The notes below the pieces were generated by a model that searched no databases, was not told where the DNA came from, and saw only the letters and a list, made by a program, of their open reading frames with translations. Below, piece by piece: positions 1-9,720 of a stretch of DNA of 64,000 nt. The stretch comes from a bacterium (GTDB lineage: Bacteria > Patescibacteriota > Minisyncoccia > Phycocordibacterales > JBBTRF01), in assembly GCA_037130265.1 (NCBI GenBank), contig JBAXTI010000001.1, forward strand, positions 98,092-162,091, read 5' to 3'. How positions within the stretch are numbered: the first letter of the stretch is position 1; every line of letters begins with the position of its first letter. Made by a program: the position numbers and the translations under genes.

Positions 1-1
1 C

Positions 2-1060
2 GGCCGTATCGTGCGCCTCCAGGCGAATGAGCGAGAAGAGGTGAAGAAGGTGTATGCCGGAGAAATCGCCGCTGCGGTGGGTCTCAAGGATGCGCTTACC
101 TCACACACTTTCTGTGACGAAGAGCAGCCGGTTATTCTCGAAGCAATCAAGTTTATGGAGCCGGTGGTCTCTCTTCGTGTAGAGCCAAAGACCAAAGCCG
201 ATCAGGAAAAGATGGGCATGGCTTTGAAGAAACTCGGAAACGAAGACCCAACCTTCAAGATTAGTTCCAACTCAGAGACTGGTGAAACCATTATTTCAGG
301 TATGGGAGAACTTCACTTGGAAATCATGGTGGACCGTATGAAGCGTGAATTCGGTGTCGAAGCGAACGTTGGCAAGCCTCAGGTAGCATACCGAGAGACC
401 ATTCAGGGTGAGGCAGAGGCAGAAGAGAAGTACATCAAGCAGACCGGAGGAAAGGGTCAGTACGGTCACGTGATCATCACACTCCGACCAATGAAGCCAT
501 TGGAAGAGGGGGAGAAGGTGAAGAAGAATGTCAGCCGATTCGCCGACTTCGAATTTATCAACTCAATCAAGGGAGGTGCGATTCCAGGAGAATTCATCCC
601 TGCGGTGGAGAAGGGTGTACACGAGGCGATGGACCGAGGTGTTATCGCCGGATACCGAATGGTGAATGTGTCTTGTGAATTGACGTTCGGTAGCTACCAC
701 GATGTGGACTCATCAGAAATCGCGTACAAGATCGCTGGTTCATTGGCTTTCCAGAGCGCATCAAAGCGTGCGAAGCCGGTGATTCTCGAGCCGATCATGA
801 AGGTGGAGGTATTGTTCCCAGAGAAGTTTATGGGTGATATCACTGGTAGCATCTCTTCAAAGCGAGGTACTATCGAGGAAATGACTGAGCGAGGCCAGGC
901 GAAGGTGATGCATGCCAAGGTACCGTTGTCCGAAATGTTCGGTTACACCACCCAGCTCCGATCTATGACCTCAGGACAGGGTTCTGCAACCATGGAATTC
1001 GATCATTACGCGCCGGTGCCGAAGTTTGTGGAGCAGCAGATTATTGAGGCTCGTAAATAA
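2..1060 (+). CDS. fusA: Elongation factor G, 5'-truncated by the window edge
   Basis: EF-G domain III-V motifs: [47 protein letters not shown]. Confidence 0.98.
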   Translation, partial: GRIVRLQANEREEVKKVYAGEIAAAVGLKDALTSHTFCDEEQPVILEAIKFMEPVVSLRVEPKTKADQEKMGMALKKLGNEDPTFKISSNSETGETIISGMGELHLEIMVDRMKREFGVEANVGKPQVAYRETIQGEAEAEEKYIKQTGGKGQYGHVIITLRPMKPLEEGEKVKKNVSRFADFEFINSIKGGAIPGEFIPAVEKGVHEAMDRGVIAGYRMVNVSCELTFGSYHDVDSSEIAYKIAGSLAFQSASKRAKPVILEPIMKVEVLFPEKFMGDITGSISSKRGTIEEMTERGQAKVMHAKVPLSEMFGYTTQLRSMTSGQGSATMEFDHYAPVPKFVEQQIIEARK

Positions 1061-1169
1061 GGAAATACAAAACACCCTTCTTGGGGTACGCGTAAAAGCT
1101 TGCTAGCTTTTCGCTCCGGCTCGGCCCGACGGCCTCCGCAGTCCCCAAGAAGGGTGTTTTGTATTTCCT
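1060..1169. repeat. 27-bp perfect inverted repeat (fusA terminator-like) enclosing structured repeat copy A (1083-1146)
   Basis: aggaaatacaaaacacccttcttgggg (1060-1086) is the reverse complement of ccccaagaagggtgttttgtatttcct (1143-1169); the loop matches 15627-15690 and the minus strand of 2512-2572. Confidence 0.9.
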
Positions 1170-1246
1170 GAATCACGAAACTCAACTCGCATTCCCTCAC
1201 AAAAGGTGTTTTTGTTTTCTTACACATCCCGATCAATTTCAAGGTC

Positions 1247-1278
1247 AAAAAGAAAACCCCGCGGTTGGGCCGCGGGGT
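1247..1278 (-). terminator. Intrinsic terminator of the minus-strand orphan gene
   Basis: accccgcgg/ccgcggggt stem with an adjacent A-tract (U-tract on the minus strand). Confidence 0.7.
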
Positions 1279-1318
1279 GGTAAAATCTCTGGTTCGGAAT
1301 CCCATTGGTTTCCATATG

Positions 1319-1720
1319 TCAGTCCGTATAAACGGGTCTTTTTATCTTCCGATCGAAACCAGTCAAGACGTAGACCTCGGGAGTTGCCAGGATGAACAAT
1401 CCATCTCCGTCGTCATCAATCCAGCCTTCGATCAGTTGACCGTCGTGCTCTGGCCAGCCACTGATGACCCGTGCGCCGAAACAGTAGTGGTCCGGGGCAG
1501 TCGGCATGTATTTGATAGCAAAGGCTAGGACCTTGATATCAGCGTCTGCGGGTGCTATTTCCGACCGGTTGAGGTAGTGGATACTGGCGATTTTGAGCCG
1601 GAAAGGCTCTTTTTTATATTGGAAATCCACCATATCATCGATTATCGGCCCCGATACGAAGCGAAAGTGGCAGACCTCGGGGTAGAGACCGTTCTCGACC
1701 GCGCGGACGGTTAGATACAT
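1319..1720 (-). CDS. Hypothetical protein (orphan)
   Basis: ORF with ATG at 1720, AGAAAGG upstream, a TTGACA-17-TAGGCT promoter near 1803-1775 and a downstream terminator. Confidence 0.6.
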   Translation of the reverse strand: MYLTVRAVENGLYPEVCHFRFVSGPIIDDMVDFQYKKEPFRLKIASIHYLNRSEIAPADADIKVLAFAIKYMPTAPDHYCFGARVISGWPEHDGQLIEGWIDDDGDGLFILATPEVYVLTGFDRKIKRPVYTD

Positions 1721-1940
1721 AGAAGGCGGGTTCCTTTCTGGATTCAAAGTGTTGCTTATTCAAATCCGCTCTAAAGCCTATTCTTTTGAGGGGTGGGTGT
1801 CAATGAGGCTGGTTCATGTTTCGACACCTCGCACTCAATTCCTTTATCAAAAATTAGGCTTTTCTTGAATCATTCTTAGTGATTTCTTTATCACCCTTTT
1901 GATATGCTTTCTTAGTCTGCCTTGTCGACGGCAGACTTGG

Positions 1941-1973
1941 TTGACACAAGTTTATCTTAAGATAAACTTGTGT
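1941..1973 (+). promoter_or_regulatory. TA promoter (TTGACA-16-TAAACT) overlapped by a perfect 30-bp palindromic operator
   Basis: acacaagtttatctt|aagataaacttgtgt at 1944-1973, just upstream of the antitoxin ATG at 1976. Confidence 0.8.
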
Positions 1974-1975
1974 AT

Positions 1976-2224
1976 ATGAAAACCAACATTATCGGCCTTA
2001 AAGAGCTGCGGGAGAATATGGAAAAATATATCTCAGAAGTAGAAAAAGGGCGGTCTTTTGTGGTAGTGAAAAAGTCGAAACCCGCTTTCAAAATGGTGCC
2101 TGTCGACGAGTGGGGGGACGAGGGAGTATGGAAGACCCTGGTCGATTTTACCGAAATTGATCCAAATGGGGTGCGTATCGAAGAAGTAATCGCCTCGCTG
2201 AAACGTCTCGATGCACAAAATTGA
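1976..2224 (+). CDS. Phd/YefM-family antitoxin
   Basis: IIGLKELRENMEKYISEVEKGRSFVV...KP Phd-like N-terminus; overlaps the downstream toxin. Confidence 0.85.
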   Translation: MKTNIIGLKELRENMEKYISEVEKGRSFVVVKKSKPAFKMVPVDEWGDEGVWKTLVDFTEIDPNGVRIEEVIASLKRLDAQN

Positions 2225-2450
2225 TAAATTCCTCGCCAAGCTGGAAGAAAAGCAAAGAGAGCGGATCCTGTTAATCATCACACGGATCAAAGCACACGAT
2301 TTTACCGGTCTCGACCTCAAAAAGCTCAAAGGAGGCTTTGATATCTATAGAGTACGTTCTGGGCAATACAGGATCCTCTTTCACCTGACAAAGGACGGCA
2401 TCTTTCTTCTCGATGTCACCAGCCGCGACGACACCACCTACCATCTATAG
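2211..2450 (+). CDS. RelE/ParE-family toxin
   Basis: KKLKG...YRVRSGQYRILF...R....Y RelE signature, 79 aa, basic. Confidence 0.85.
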   Translation: MHKIDKFLAKLEEKQRERILLIITRIKAHDFTGLDLKKLKGGFDIYRVRSGQYRILFHLTKDGIFLLDVTSRDDTTYHL

Positions 2451-2483
2451 AGTGATGGGTATAGTAATATAGAGTGTAATCAT

Positions 2484-2596
2484 TCAACCCTGCCGCCGCC
2501 ACTGACGAAGACCTCTCGCAGGCGCGACGGCGCCGAGAGGAGCCGAAATTTCAGTAGAAATTTACGGCGTGTCTGAGGCAGTGGCGGCAAGGTTGA
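2484..2596 (-). repeat. Structured repeat copy C (2512-2572, minus strand) inside an imperfect ~18-bp inverted repeat
   Basis: Minus strand reads ACGCCG TAAA TTTC TACT GAAA TTT CGGC TCC TCTC GGCGC CGTC GCGCC, the same architecture as copies A and B; arms tcaaccctgccgccgccactg / cagtggcggcaaggttga. Confidence 0.7.
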
Positions 2597-2775
2597 CTTT
2601 ATTGCTCAATTTGTTACTATACCCATTGTCGCATTTTTTGCGTCTTTGGCCGTTTCGAATCAAAAGAAACGTCCTGGTATTAACTCGATTTATTATCATT
2701 AATTTTTGTTCTTAAGTTACAAGGCTCAGCCACTCTCGCGCGTTGAGCTTTGAGAATTAGGGACTCATTAAATAT

Positions 2776-3972
2776 ATGGCAGAAGTATTCGATCGATCAA
2801 AGCCTCACGTTAACGTCGGTACTATTGGTCACGTCGACCACGGCAAGACTACTCTTACCGCGGCTCTTACCGTTGTGCAGTCAAAGAAAGGTCTCGCGAC
2901 CCCAATTGCGTACGACCAGGTAGCAAAGGCGTCTGAGAAGGATGGACGACGAGATCCTTCAAAGATCATTACCATTGCGATTTCACACGTTGAGTACTCA
3001 ACTGTGGCTCGACACTACGCTCACGTCGACTGTCCAGGTCACGCTGACTACGTCAAGAACATGATTACTGGTGCCGCTCAGATGGACGGCGCTATTCTCG
3101 TGGTATCTGCTGTAGACGGACCAATGCCACAGACTCGAGAGCACATTCTCCTCGCAAAGCAGGTGGGTGTTCCAAAGCTTGTTGTATTTTTGAACAAGTG
3201 TGACATGGTAGATGACAAGGATATGCTTGACCTCGTTGAGGCCGAGATCCGAGATTTGATGGACAAGTATGGATTTGACGGAAAGGGAACCCCAGTGATC
3301 CGAGGTTCAGCGCTCAAGGCGATCGAAGGCGACCCAGTATGGGTAGCAAAGATTGATGAGCTTTTGAATGCGCTCGACACCTACATCCCTATGCCAGTGC
3401 GTGAGATCGACAAGCCATTCTTGATGCCTATCGAAGACATCTTCTCTATTGAAGGACGAGGAACCGTGGTTACTGGCCGAATCGAGCGAGGAATCGCAAA
3501 GGTTGGCGAGGAAGTTGAAATCATTGGTCTTAAGCCGACTGCAAAGTCTACTATCACCGGTATCGAAATGTTCAACAAGCAGTTGAACGAAGGTATGGCA
3601 GGTGACAACGCGGGTGTCCTCCTCCGAGGTACTCGAAAGGAAGACGTAACCCGAGGTCAGGTACTTGCAAAGCCAGGTACTACCACTCCTCACACTGATT
3701 TCGAAGGAGAAATCTACGTTCTCAAGAAGGAAGAAGGTGGCCGACACACTCCATTCTTCAATGGTTACAAGCCACAGTTCTACATCCGAACCACAGACGT
3801 CACCGGTGAGGTAACCCTCGCTGCTGGTACTGAAATGGTTATGCCAGGAGACACTGTAAAGTTCATCGTTAAGCTCGTAGCGCCTATTGCGCTCGAAGAG
3901 AAGATGCGATTTGCAGTTCGAGAAGGCGGACGAACCGTAGGTGCGGGTGTGGTCACTAAGATCACTAAGTAA
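2776..3972 (+). CDS. tuf: Elongation factor Tu
   Basis: [50 protein letters not shown]. Confidence 0.99.
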   Translation: MAEVFDRSKPHVNVGTIGHVDHGKTTLTAALTVVQSKKGLATPIAYDQVAKASEKDGRRDPSKIITIAISHVEYSTVARHYAHVDCPGHADYVKNMITGAAQMDGAILVVSAVDGPMPQTREHILLAKQVGVPKLVVFLNKCDMVDDKDMLDLVEAEIRDLMDKYGFDGKGTPVIRGSALKAIEGDPVWVAKIDELLNALDTYIPMPVREIDKPFLMPIEDIFSIEGRGTVVTGRIERGIAKVGEEVEIIGLKPTAKSTITGIEMFNKQLNEGMAGDNAGVLLRGTRKEDVTRGQVLAKPGTTTPHTDFEGEIYVLKKEEGGRHTPFFNGYKPQFYIRTTDVTGEVTLAAGTEMVMPGDTVKFIVKLVAPIALEEKMRFAVREGGRTVGAGVVTKITK

Positions 3973-4016
3973 GTCGCCGGCTCCGCGATTCATTCAAGAG
4001 GAGCCACATACTCACC

Positions 4017-4382
4017 ATGACCACAAAAGAAACAAAGAAATCTGACAAGGCCAAGACACACAAGGGCCAGGAGGTGAGCCACAAGCTCCGCATTCGTGTG
4101 CGAGCGTACGAGCACAAGATCCTCGATGCTTCTGTGAAGCAGATCATGGATACAGCGCTTCGATACGATGCCACCATCCTCGGACCGATCCCACTTCCTA
4201 CAGAAATCAAGAAGTACACTGTAAATCGAGCAGCCTTTGTCTACAAAGATGCACGAGAGCAGTTTGAGATGCGAGTTCACAAGCGATTGGTAGACATTGT
4301 GAATCCAAATCCAAAGACAATTGAGGCTCTCACCAACCTGAGTCTGCCTTCAGGAGTCAACATCGACGTAAAGATGATCTAA
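4017..4382 (+). CDS. rpsJ: 30S ribosomal protein uS10
   Basis: [28 protein letters not shown]. Confidence 0.98.
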   Translation: MTTKETKKSDKAKTHKGQEVSHKLRIRVRAYEHKILDASVKQIMDTALRYDATILGPIPLPTEIKKYTVNRAAFVYKDAREQFEMRVHKRLVDIVNPNPKTIEALTNLSLPSGVNIDVKMI

Positions 4383-4422
4383 TCCACCCATAATCCACTT
4401 ATAACCGCCTCACCTAACCCAC

Positions 4423-5037
4423 ATGAAATTCATTATCGGAACAAAACTGAATATGACCCAGGTCTTCGACCAAGAGGGAAATGTTCACCCAGTGACCATC
4501 CTCAAGGCTGGTCCGGTGACCGTCACTCAGGTCAAAGAATCTGCGAAGGATGGCTATTCAGCTGTTCAGATTGGATTTGGCGAGATTCGCGAGAAGCTCG
4601 TTTCGAAGCCTCAGCAGGGACACACCAAGGCGCTCGGTCTTTTCCGAACGTTCAAGGAATTTCGAGTTATTGCTCCTTCTCATAAAGTTGGCGACAAATA
4701 CGATGTATCTCTCTTCAGTGAGGGCGACGACGTGACCGTCTCTTCTATCAGTAAGGGTAAGGGTTTCCAGGGTGCGGTGAAGCGACACGGCTTCAAGGGA
4801 GGTTCCCGAACTCACGGTCAGAAGCACTCTGAGCGAGAAGTAGGTACTATCTCTGGTGCAGGACGAGCCGGCGGCCGTGTAGCTCCAGGTATGCGAATGC
4901 CTGGACGAATGGGTGGTGATCGTGTTACTGTCAAGAACCTCAAGATCGTGCAGATCAACCAAGCAGAGAACCTCATCCTCGTTTCTGGAGCAATTCCAGG
5001 CCGAAGGGGTACTTTGGTAGAAGTGATGGCACAGTAA
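4423..5037 (+). CDS. rplC: 50S ribosomal protein uL3
   Basis: KxxMTQVF, DGYSAVQIG, SKGKGFQGAVKRHGF, MPGRMG. Confidence 0.98.
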   Translation: MKFIIGTKLNMTQVFDQEGNVHPVTILKAGPVTVTQVKESAKDGYSAVQIGFGEIREKLVSKPQQGHTKALGLFRTFKEFRVIAPSHKVGDKYDVSLFSEGDDVTVSSISKGKGFQGAVKRHGFKGGSRTHGQKHSEREVGTISGAGRAGGRVAPGMRMPGRMGGDRVTVKNLKIVQINQAENLILVSGAIPGRRGTLVEVMAQ

Positions 5038-5058
5038 TCCTGAAATAATCCCGAACAC

Positions 5059-5820
5059 ATGAACACTCTAGAAGCAAAAATCTATACTCAGGACGGCAAG
5101 GCTGCTGGCGCTTTCGAGCTCCCAGAGAATGTCTTTGGTCTGTCTTGGAATGCCGACTTGGTACATCAGGTGATGACATCAATGTTGACTTCAAAGCGCA
5201 ACCCAGTTGCTCACACTCAGACTCGAGGTGATGTCCGAGGAGGCGGTAAGAAGCCATGGCAGCAGAAGGGTACCGGTCGTGCTCGACACGGTTCTATCCG
5301 ATCACCATTGTGGCCAGGTGGAGGTGTGTCTCACGGTCCTCGAAACGACAAGAACTTCGACCGAAAGATCAACCAGAAGATGAAGGCGAAGGCGCTCTTC
5401 ACCTTGCTCTCAAAGAAAATGCGAGATGGCGAAGTATTGTTCGTTGAGTCTATTACTCTCAAGGAGGCAAAGACTAAGCAGGCGAAGTCTCTCATTGCTG
5501 CACTCGCAGGGGTGAAGGGCTACGAAATGCTCGCTACCAAGAAGAACAACACCGCCTTCATTGCAATGTCTGCAAAGAGCGCTTCAGTAGACCGAAGCTT
5601 CGGCAACATGAGCAATATTTCAGTCAATGAAGTACGAAACCTCAATGTTCTGGACCTCATGAAGTACAAGTTTGTTGTTATAGAGAATCCAAAGAGCAGC
5701 GTCAGTTCTCTCGAAAGCCGACTTCCTGCACGAACCGCAGCGAGCGCACCTAAGGTGTTTGTGAAGAAGGAGGTAGCAAAGAAGGCGCCAAAGGCAGCCG
5801 TTAAGACTTCAAAGAAATAA
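5059..5820 (+). CDS. rplD: 50S ribosomal protein uL4
   Basis: TRGDVRGGGKKPWQQKGTGRARHGSIRSP. Confidence 0.98.
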   Translation: MNTLEAKIYTQDGKAAGAFELPENVFGLSWNADLVHQVMTSMLTSKRNPVAHTQTRGDVRGGGKKPWQQKGTGRARHGSIRSPLWPGGGVSHGPRNDKNFDRKINQKMKAKALFTLLSKKMRDGEVLFVESITLKEAKTKQAKSLIAALAGVKGYEMLATKKNNTAFIAMSAKSASVDRSFGNMSNISVNEVRNLNVLDLMKYKFVVIENPKSSVSSLESRLPARTAASAPKVFVKKEVAKKAPKAAVKTSKK

Positions 5821-5821
5821 C

Positions 5822-6118
5822 ATGACTACTATTACCGTAAAACAAGACCCAGTATCTGTCATCCTCGGTCCACGTATCACCGAGAAGGCGGCCCGCTTGG
5901 CCGAGAAGAAGGTCTACACCTTCAACGTGACCCAGAGTGCCAACGTCGCTTCTATTAAGGCGGCGATCAAGACCTTGTACAAAGTGAGCCCAATCGACGT
6001 GAAGATCCTCGCGGTGCCTTCAAAGCGATCATTTGTCCGAGGTAAGGCTGGCGTCAAGCAGGGTGGTAAGAAGGCCTATGTTACCCTCGGCAAGAAGGAG
6101 ACCATTGAATTTGTATAA
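5822..6118 (+). CDS. rplW: 50S ribosomal protein uL23
   Basis: PRITEKA, YTFNV, KKAYVTL; operon position. Confidence 0.96.
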   Translation: MTTITVKQDPVSVILGPRITEKAARLAEKKVYTFNVTQSANVASIKAAIKTLYKVSPIDVKILAVPSKRSFVRGKAGVKQGGKKAYVTLGKKETIEFV

Positions 6119-6157
6119 TCGTCGCACCATCCCCACCAAATACCACCAAACACTCCA

Positions 6158-7006
6158 ATGAAACACTATAAACCATTCACAAAGTCTCGCCGAGGTATGA
6201 CCACTGTGTCATACAGCGAACACTTGACCACAGACACTCCTCACAAGGCGCTCGTCTCTGGATTCAAGCATCGAGTTGGTCGCAACTCTGACGGTCGCAT
6301 CACTGTGCGACACAAGGGAGGTGGACACAAGCGACTCTATCGACATGTCGACTTCGTCTTCGATAAGAAAGACATTCCAGCTATCGTACAGACCATTGAG
6401 TACGATCCAAACCGAACTGGTTTCATTGCGCTCGTGTGTTACAAGGATGGTGAGAAGCGATACATCCTTTCTCCAAAGGATCTCAAGGTAGGGGACAGCA
6501 TTATCGTGTCTGAGAAGGCAGAGCTCAAGGTGGGCAATCGTACCCTTTTGAAGAATATTCCTGTAGGTGCATTCGTGCACAGTGTGTCTATCCAGCCAAG
6601 CGGTGTCGCTCAGCTCGGACGATCAGCGGGTAACTTTATCCAGGTGATTGCACAGGACGCTGGCATGACTCACCTCAAGATGCCTTCTACAGAAGTGCGA
6701 AAGGTGCTCGACACCGCTTGGGGCTCTATTGGTACTGTTTCAAATGATGAAAATTGGCTCGTGAACATTGGTAAGGCAGGACGATCTCGTTGGATGGGTA
6801 TCCGACCGACTGTCCGAGGTATGGTGATGAACCCAGTAGACCACCCATACGGAGGAGGAGAAGGTAAGCAGGGCCGAGGTCTCCGCCGAGCGAAGACTAT
6901 GTGGGGTAAGCCTTCAGGTAAGGGTCAGAAGACTCGAACTCCGAAGCGATACTCAAATCAGTTTATCGTCTCTCGACGAAAGGTTGGAAAGAAGAAGGAG
7001 GCTTAA
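6158..7006 (+). CDS. rplB: 50S ribosomal protein uL2
   Basis: GRITVRHKGGGHKR, IEYDPNR, RPTVRG.VMNPVDHPYGGGEG. Confidence 0.99.
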   Translation: MKHYKPFTKSRRGMTTVSYSEHLTTDTPHKALVSGFKHRVGRNSDGRITVRHKGGGHKRLYRHVDFVFDKKDIPAIVQTIEYDPNRTGFIALVCYKDGEKRYILSPKDLKVGDSIIVSEKAELKVGNRTLLKNIPVGAFVHSVSIQPSGVAQLGRSAGNFIQVIAQDAGMTHLKMPSTEVRKVLDTAWGSIGTVSNDENWLVNIGKAGRSRWMGIRPTVRGMVMNPVDHPYGGGEGKQGRGLRRAKTMWGKPSGKGQKTRTPKRYSNQFIVSRRKVGKKKEA

Positions 7007-7007
7007 A

Positions 7008-7049
7008 AGCCAAAAGAAAAATCCCCGAGAGGGGTTTTTTCTTTTGGCT
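7008..7049. terminator. Bidirectional-type intrinsic terminator after rplB
   Basis: agccaaaagaaaaatcccc-gaga-ggggttttttcttttggct. Confidence 0.8.
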
Positions 7050-7129
7050 ACATAGCTCGGGCGTTTACACTTCGTAACTTTCCATATCTAGCGTATTGAC
7101 AAAGTAATGACATCGTCTATACTAGAGGG

Positions 7130-7399
7130 ATGAATACTACCATTCAACTTCGTATCGATAAGGCGACCAAAGTAAGCGCTCAAAAGGTGCTTGCCGAGCT
7201 TGGCTTGGACATGTCTTCCGCCATGAAGCTCTTTCTCCGCACGGTGTCACGGACCAAATCGATTCCTTTCGAAATCCGCACGGTAAATGGCTTTACTCCT
7301 GCCCAGGAGGCGCGAATGCTCAAAGAGATTGCTTGGACCGAGAAGTATGGAAAAGGATACAAGACCGCTGAAGAATTAACAAAACACCTGCTCTCGTAA
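7130..7399 (+). CDS. RelB/DinJ-family antitoxin
   Basis: IQLRID.A.K..A..VL.ELGLDMSSA..LFL...IPFEI; own TTGACA-16-TATACT promoter at 7096-7123. Confidence 0.9.
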   Translation: MNTTIQLRIDKATKVSAQKVLAELGLDMSSAMKLFLRTVSRTKSIPFEIRTVNGFTPAQEARMLKEIAWTEKYGKGYKTAEELTKHLLS

Positions 7400-7402
7400 G
7401 TA

Positions 7403-7681
7403 ATGCTTGAAATAAGAGAGACGAAACAATTTAAAAAGCAATTCAAACGAGTTGCCCGATCGGGCGATTTCGATATGAGACTGTTCCATGCAGTGCTTAA
7501 TGTGTTGGCAAGAGGCGAATCTCTTGATGAAAAGTATCGAGATCACCAGCTTTCCGGTGACATGAAGGAGGCTCGAGAATGTCATCTAAAAGGTGATTTG
7601 TTGTTGGTGTATAAGATAAGAAAGGAAATTCTCGTTTTATCCCTTGTCGGCATTGGTAGCCACTCTGAACTCTTCGACTAA
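7403..7681 (+). CDS. YafQ-family mRNA interferase toxin
   Basis: KYRDHQLSG...RECHL..DLLLVY...GSHSELF. Confidence 0.92.
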   Translation: MLEIRETKQFKKQFKRVARSGDFDMRLFHAVLNVLARGESLDEKYRDHQLSGDMKEARECHLKGDLLLVYKIRKEILVLSLVGIGSHSELFD

Positions 7682-7748
7682 ATGACGCCCAACAACAAGC
7701 ATTCTATTCTTTTTGCACCCTCCTTTCTGGGCCAGCAGGAGAGTTGAG

Positions 7749-7776
7749 TTGACTTTATTTCTGCTTCTGCTAAGAT
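7749..7776 (+). promoter_or_regulatory. Sigma70-like promoter restarting the S10 cluster at rpsS
   Basis: TTGACT-16-(TGc)TAAGAT. Confidence 0.6.
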
Positions 7777-7814
7777 ACTAAGCCATGGCTCAGGTGAGCT
7801 ATTTTCATTCATAC

Positions 7815-8156
7815 ATGACACGATCACTCGCAAAAGGACCATACGTCGCGGAGATTCTTCTCAAGAAGATCGCCGGCAAGAAGCCAGAACAAGCTGGTGT
7901 TATTAAGACCTGGGCTCGAGACAGCCAGATCTCTCCTGAAATGGTGGGATATAAGTTTGGCGTTCACAATGGTAAGGATCATATTGAAGTACTTGTCACC
8001 GAGGAAATGGTAGGTCACCGCCTCGGTGAATTTGCGCTTACCCGAAAGTTTGTACGACACGGAGGTAAGATGCAGAAGGAGCTTGAAGCCAAGAAGAAGG
8101 AGGCTGAGATCGCAGCTGCCCAGACCGCAAAGGCTACCGTGGCAGAAAAGAAATAA
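7815..8156 (+). CDS. rpsS: 30S ribosomal protein uS19
   Basis: [31 protein letters not shown]. Confidence 0.98.
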   Translation: MTRSLAKGPYVAEILLKKIAGKKPEQAGVIKTWARDSQISPEMVGYKFGVHNGKDHIEVLVTEEMVGHRLGEFALTRKFVRHGGKMQKELEAKKKEAEIAAAQTAKATVAEKK

Positions 8157-8182
8157 TCCTCTATCATTTTATTATTACTCCA

Positions 8183-8587
8183 ATGGTTACCGCATCACTC
8201 AACGATTATCGACAAGCACCACGAAAGGTTCGCCTTGTTGCAAACCTCGTAAAGGGCAAGAAAGTAGGGGATGCGATGAACATGCTCAACTTCCTCGTGA
8301 AGGAGGCTTCTGGTCCAATGAAGAAGCTCATTGCTTCAGCTGTGGCAAATGCCAAGACAAATTTCAATCTCTCTTCTGAAAACCTTTTCATCAAAAGCAT
8401 AGAGGTCAATGGTGGTACCATCATGAAGCGCAGTATGCCTCGAGCTCGCGGTAGTGCCTTTCCGATCCACAAGCACTCAAGTCACGTCACTTTGGTATTG
8501 GATGTCATGGTAGAGAAGCCAAAGAAGGCCGCAAAGGTAGCGAGTGCAGCAAAGGCGGCTCCAAAAACTAATAAAGACACCAAATAA
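8183..8587 (+). CDS. rplV: 50S ribosomal protein uL22
   Basis: RQAPRKVRLVA, SAVANA, PRARG. Confidence 0.98.
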   Translation: MVTASLNDYRQAPRKVRLVANLVKGKKVGDAMNMLNFLVKEASGPMKKLIASAVANAKTNFNLSSENLFIKSIEVNGGTIMKRSMPRARGSAFPIHKHSSHVTLVLDVMVEKPKKAAKVASAAKAAPKTNKDTK

Positions 8588-8591
8588 TCAC

Positions 8592-9287
8592 ATGTCACAC
8601 GTCGTCCATCCATATGCACATCGATTGGGAATCATCCGAGACTGGAAGTCTCGCTGGTTTGGTGCTGACAAGACAAAGTACGTGGCGTACCTTAAGTGCG
8701 ACGTCACTCTTCGAGAGTATTTGGACAAGAAGCTCCGTGGTTTTTACACCGCCGGTGTAGACATCGAGCGAAATTCTAAGAACCTCCGAGTGGTCATCAA
8801 GACTTCTCGACCAGGTATGCTCATTGGTAAGAGCGGTGAGGGCGCGACCACTTTGCGAAATGACATCCTTAATTTCATCAAGAAGAACAAGCTTGCGATG
8901 CCTCCAGAGCTCAAGCTCGACATCGAAGAGGTGCGATCTCCAGAGTCAAACGCCGCTATTGTAGCGTACACTGTTGCAGAAGGTCTCGAGAAGCGACTTC
9001 CATTCCGACGTGTCATGAAGCAGACTATTGAGAAGGTGATGGCGAACCGAGACGTATTGGGAGTGAAGATTTACCTCACTGGCCGACTTGGTGGCGCCGA
9101 CATGGCCCGACAGGAAGAGCTTAAGCGTGGCCGAGTTCCTCTCCAGACCTTGCGAGCGGATGTTGATTTCAAGCGCGAGAAGGCACACATGACCTACGGT
9201 GATATCGGCATCAAGGTATGGATCTACCGAGGTGAGATCTTTGCTGAGAAGGCGAAGACCGCAAAGCCTAACCACAATCAGAACTAA
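8592..9287 (+). CDS. rpsC: 30S ribosomal protein uS3
   Basis: RLGIIRDWKSRW, RPGMLIG, GRLGGADMAR, GRVPLQTLRA, TYGDIGIKVWI. Confidence 0.98.
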   Translation: MSHVVHPYAHRLGIIRDWKSRWFGADKTKYVAYLKCDVTLREYLDKKLRGFYTAGVDIERNSKNLRVVIKTSRPGMLIGKSGEGATTLRNDILNFIKKNKLAMPPELKLDIEEVRSPESNAAIVAYTVAEGLEKRLPFRRVMKQTIEKVMANRDVLGVKIYLTGRLGGADMARQEELKRGRVPLQTLRADVDFKREKAHMTYGDIGIKVWIYRGEIFAEKAKTAKPNHNQN

Positions 9288-9298
9288 CCAACACCACC

Positions 9299-9715
9299 AT
9301 GTTACTCCCAAAGAAAGTAAAACATCGCAAGTGGCACCGAATGCGCCGAAACTACGCTAAGCCTTTCATCGAGACTCGAGGCATTGCTTTGGCGTTCGGT
9401 TCATTTGGCCTCAAGGCGATGACTCCTGCGCGAGTAACCTCAAACCAGATCGAAGCAGCTCGAAAGGTTATTGCTCGATTTGCTGGAAAGTCTGGAAAGG
9501 TGTGGATCCGTATCTTCCCAGATATGCCATATACTGCCAAGGCTGCGGAAGTGCCGATGGGTTCTGGAAAGGGTGAGCCACAGGGATACTGTGCAGAGGT
9601 AAAAGCAGGCCGAATCATCTTCGAAGTGGACGGTGTTGTCGACACCGAAGCAAAGGAGGCTCTCCGAAAGGCGGGCACCAAGCTCCCATTGAAGTCTAAA
9701 GTCATTTCACGATAA
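9299..9715 (+). CDS. rplP: 50S ribosomal protein uL16
   Basis: MLLPKKVKHRK, QIEAAR, WIRIFPD, MGSGKG. Confidence 0.98.
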   Translation: MLLPKKVKHRKWHRMRRNYAKPFIETRGIALAFGSFGLKAMTPARVTSNQIEAARKVIARFAGKSGKVWIRIFPDMPYTAKAAEVPMGSGKGEPQGYCAEVKAGRIIFEVDGVVDTEAKEALRKAGTKLPLKSKVISR

Positions 9716-9720
9716 CTCCC

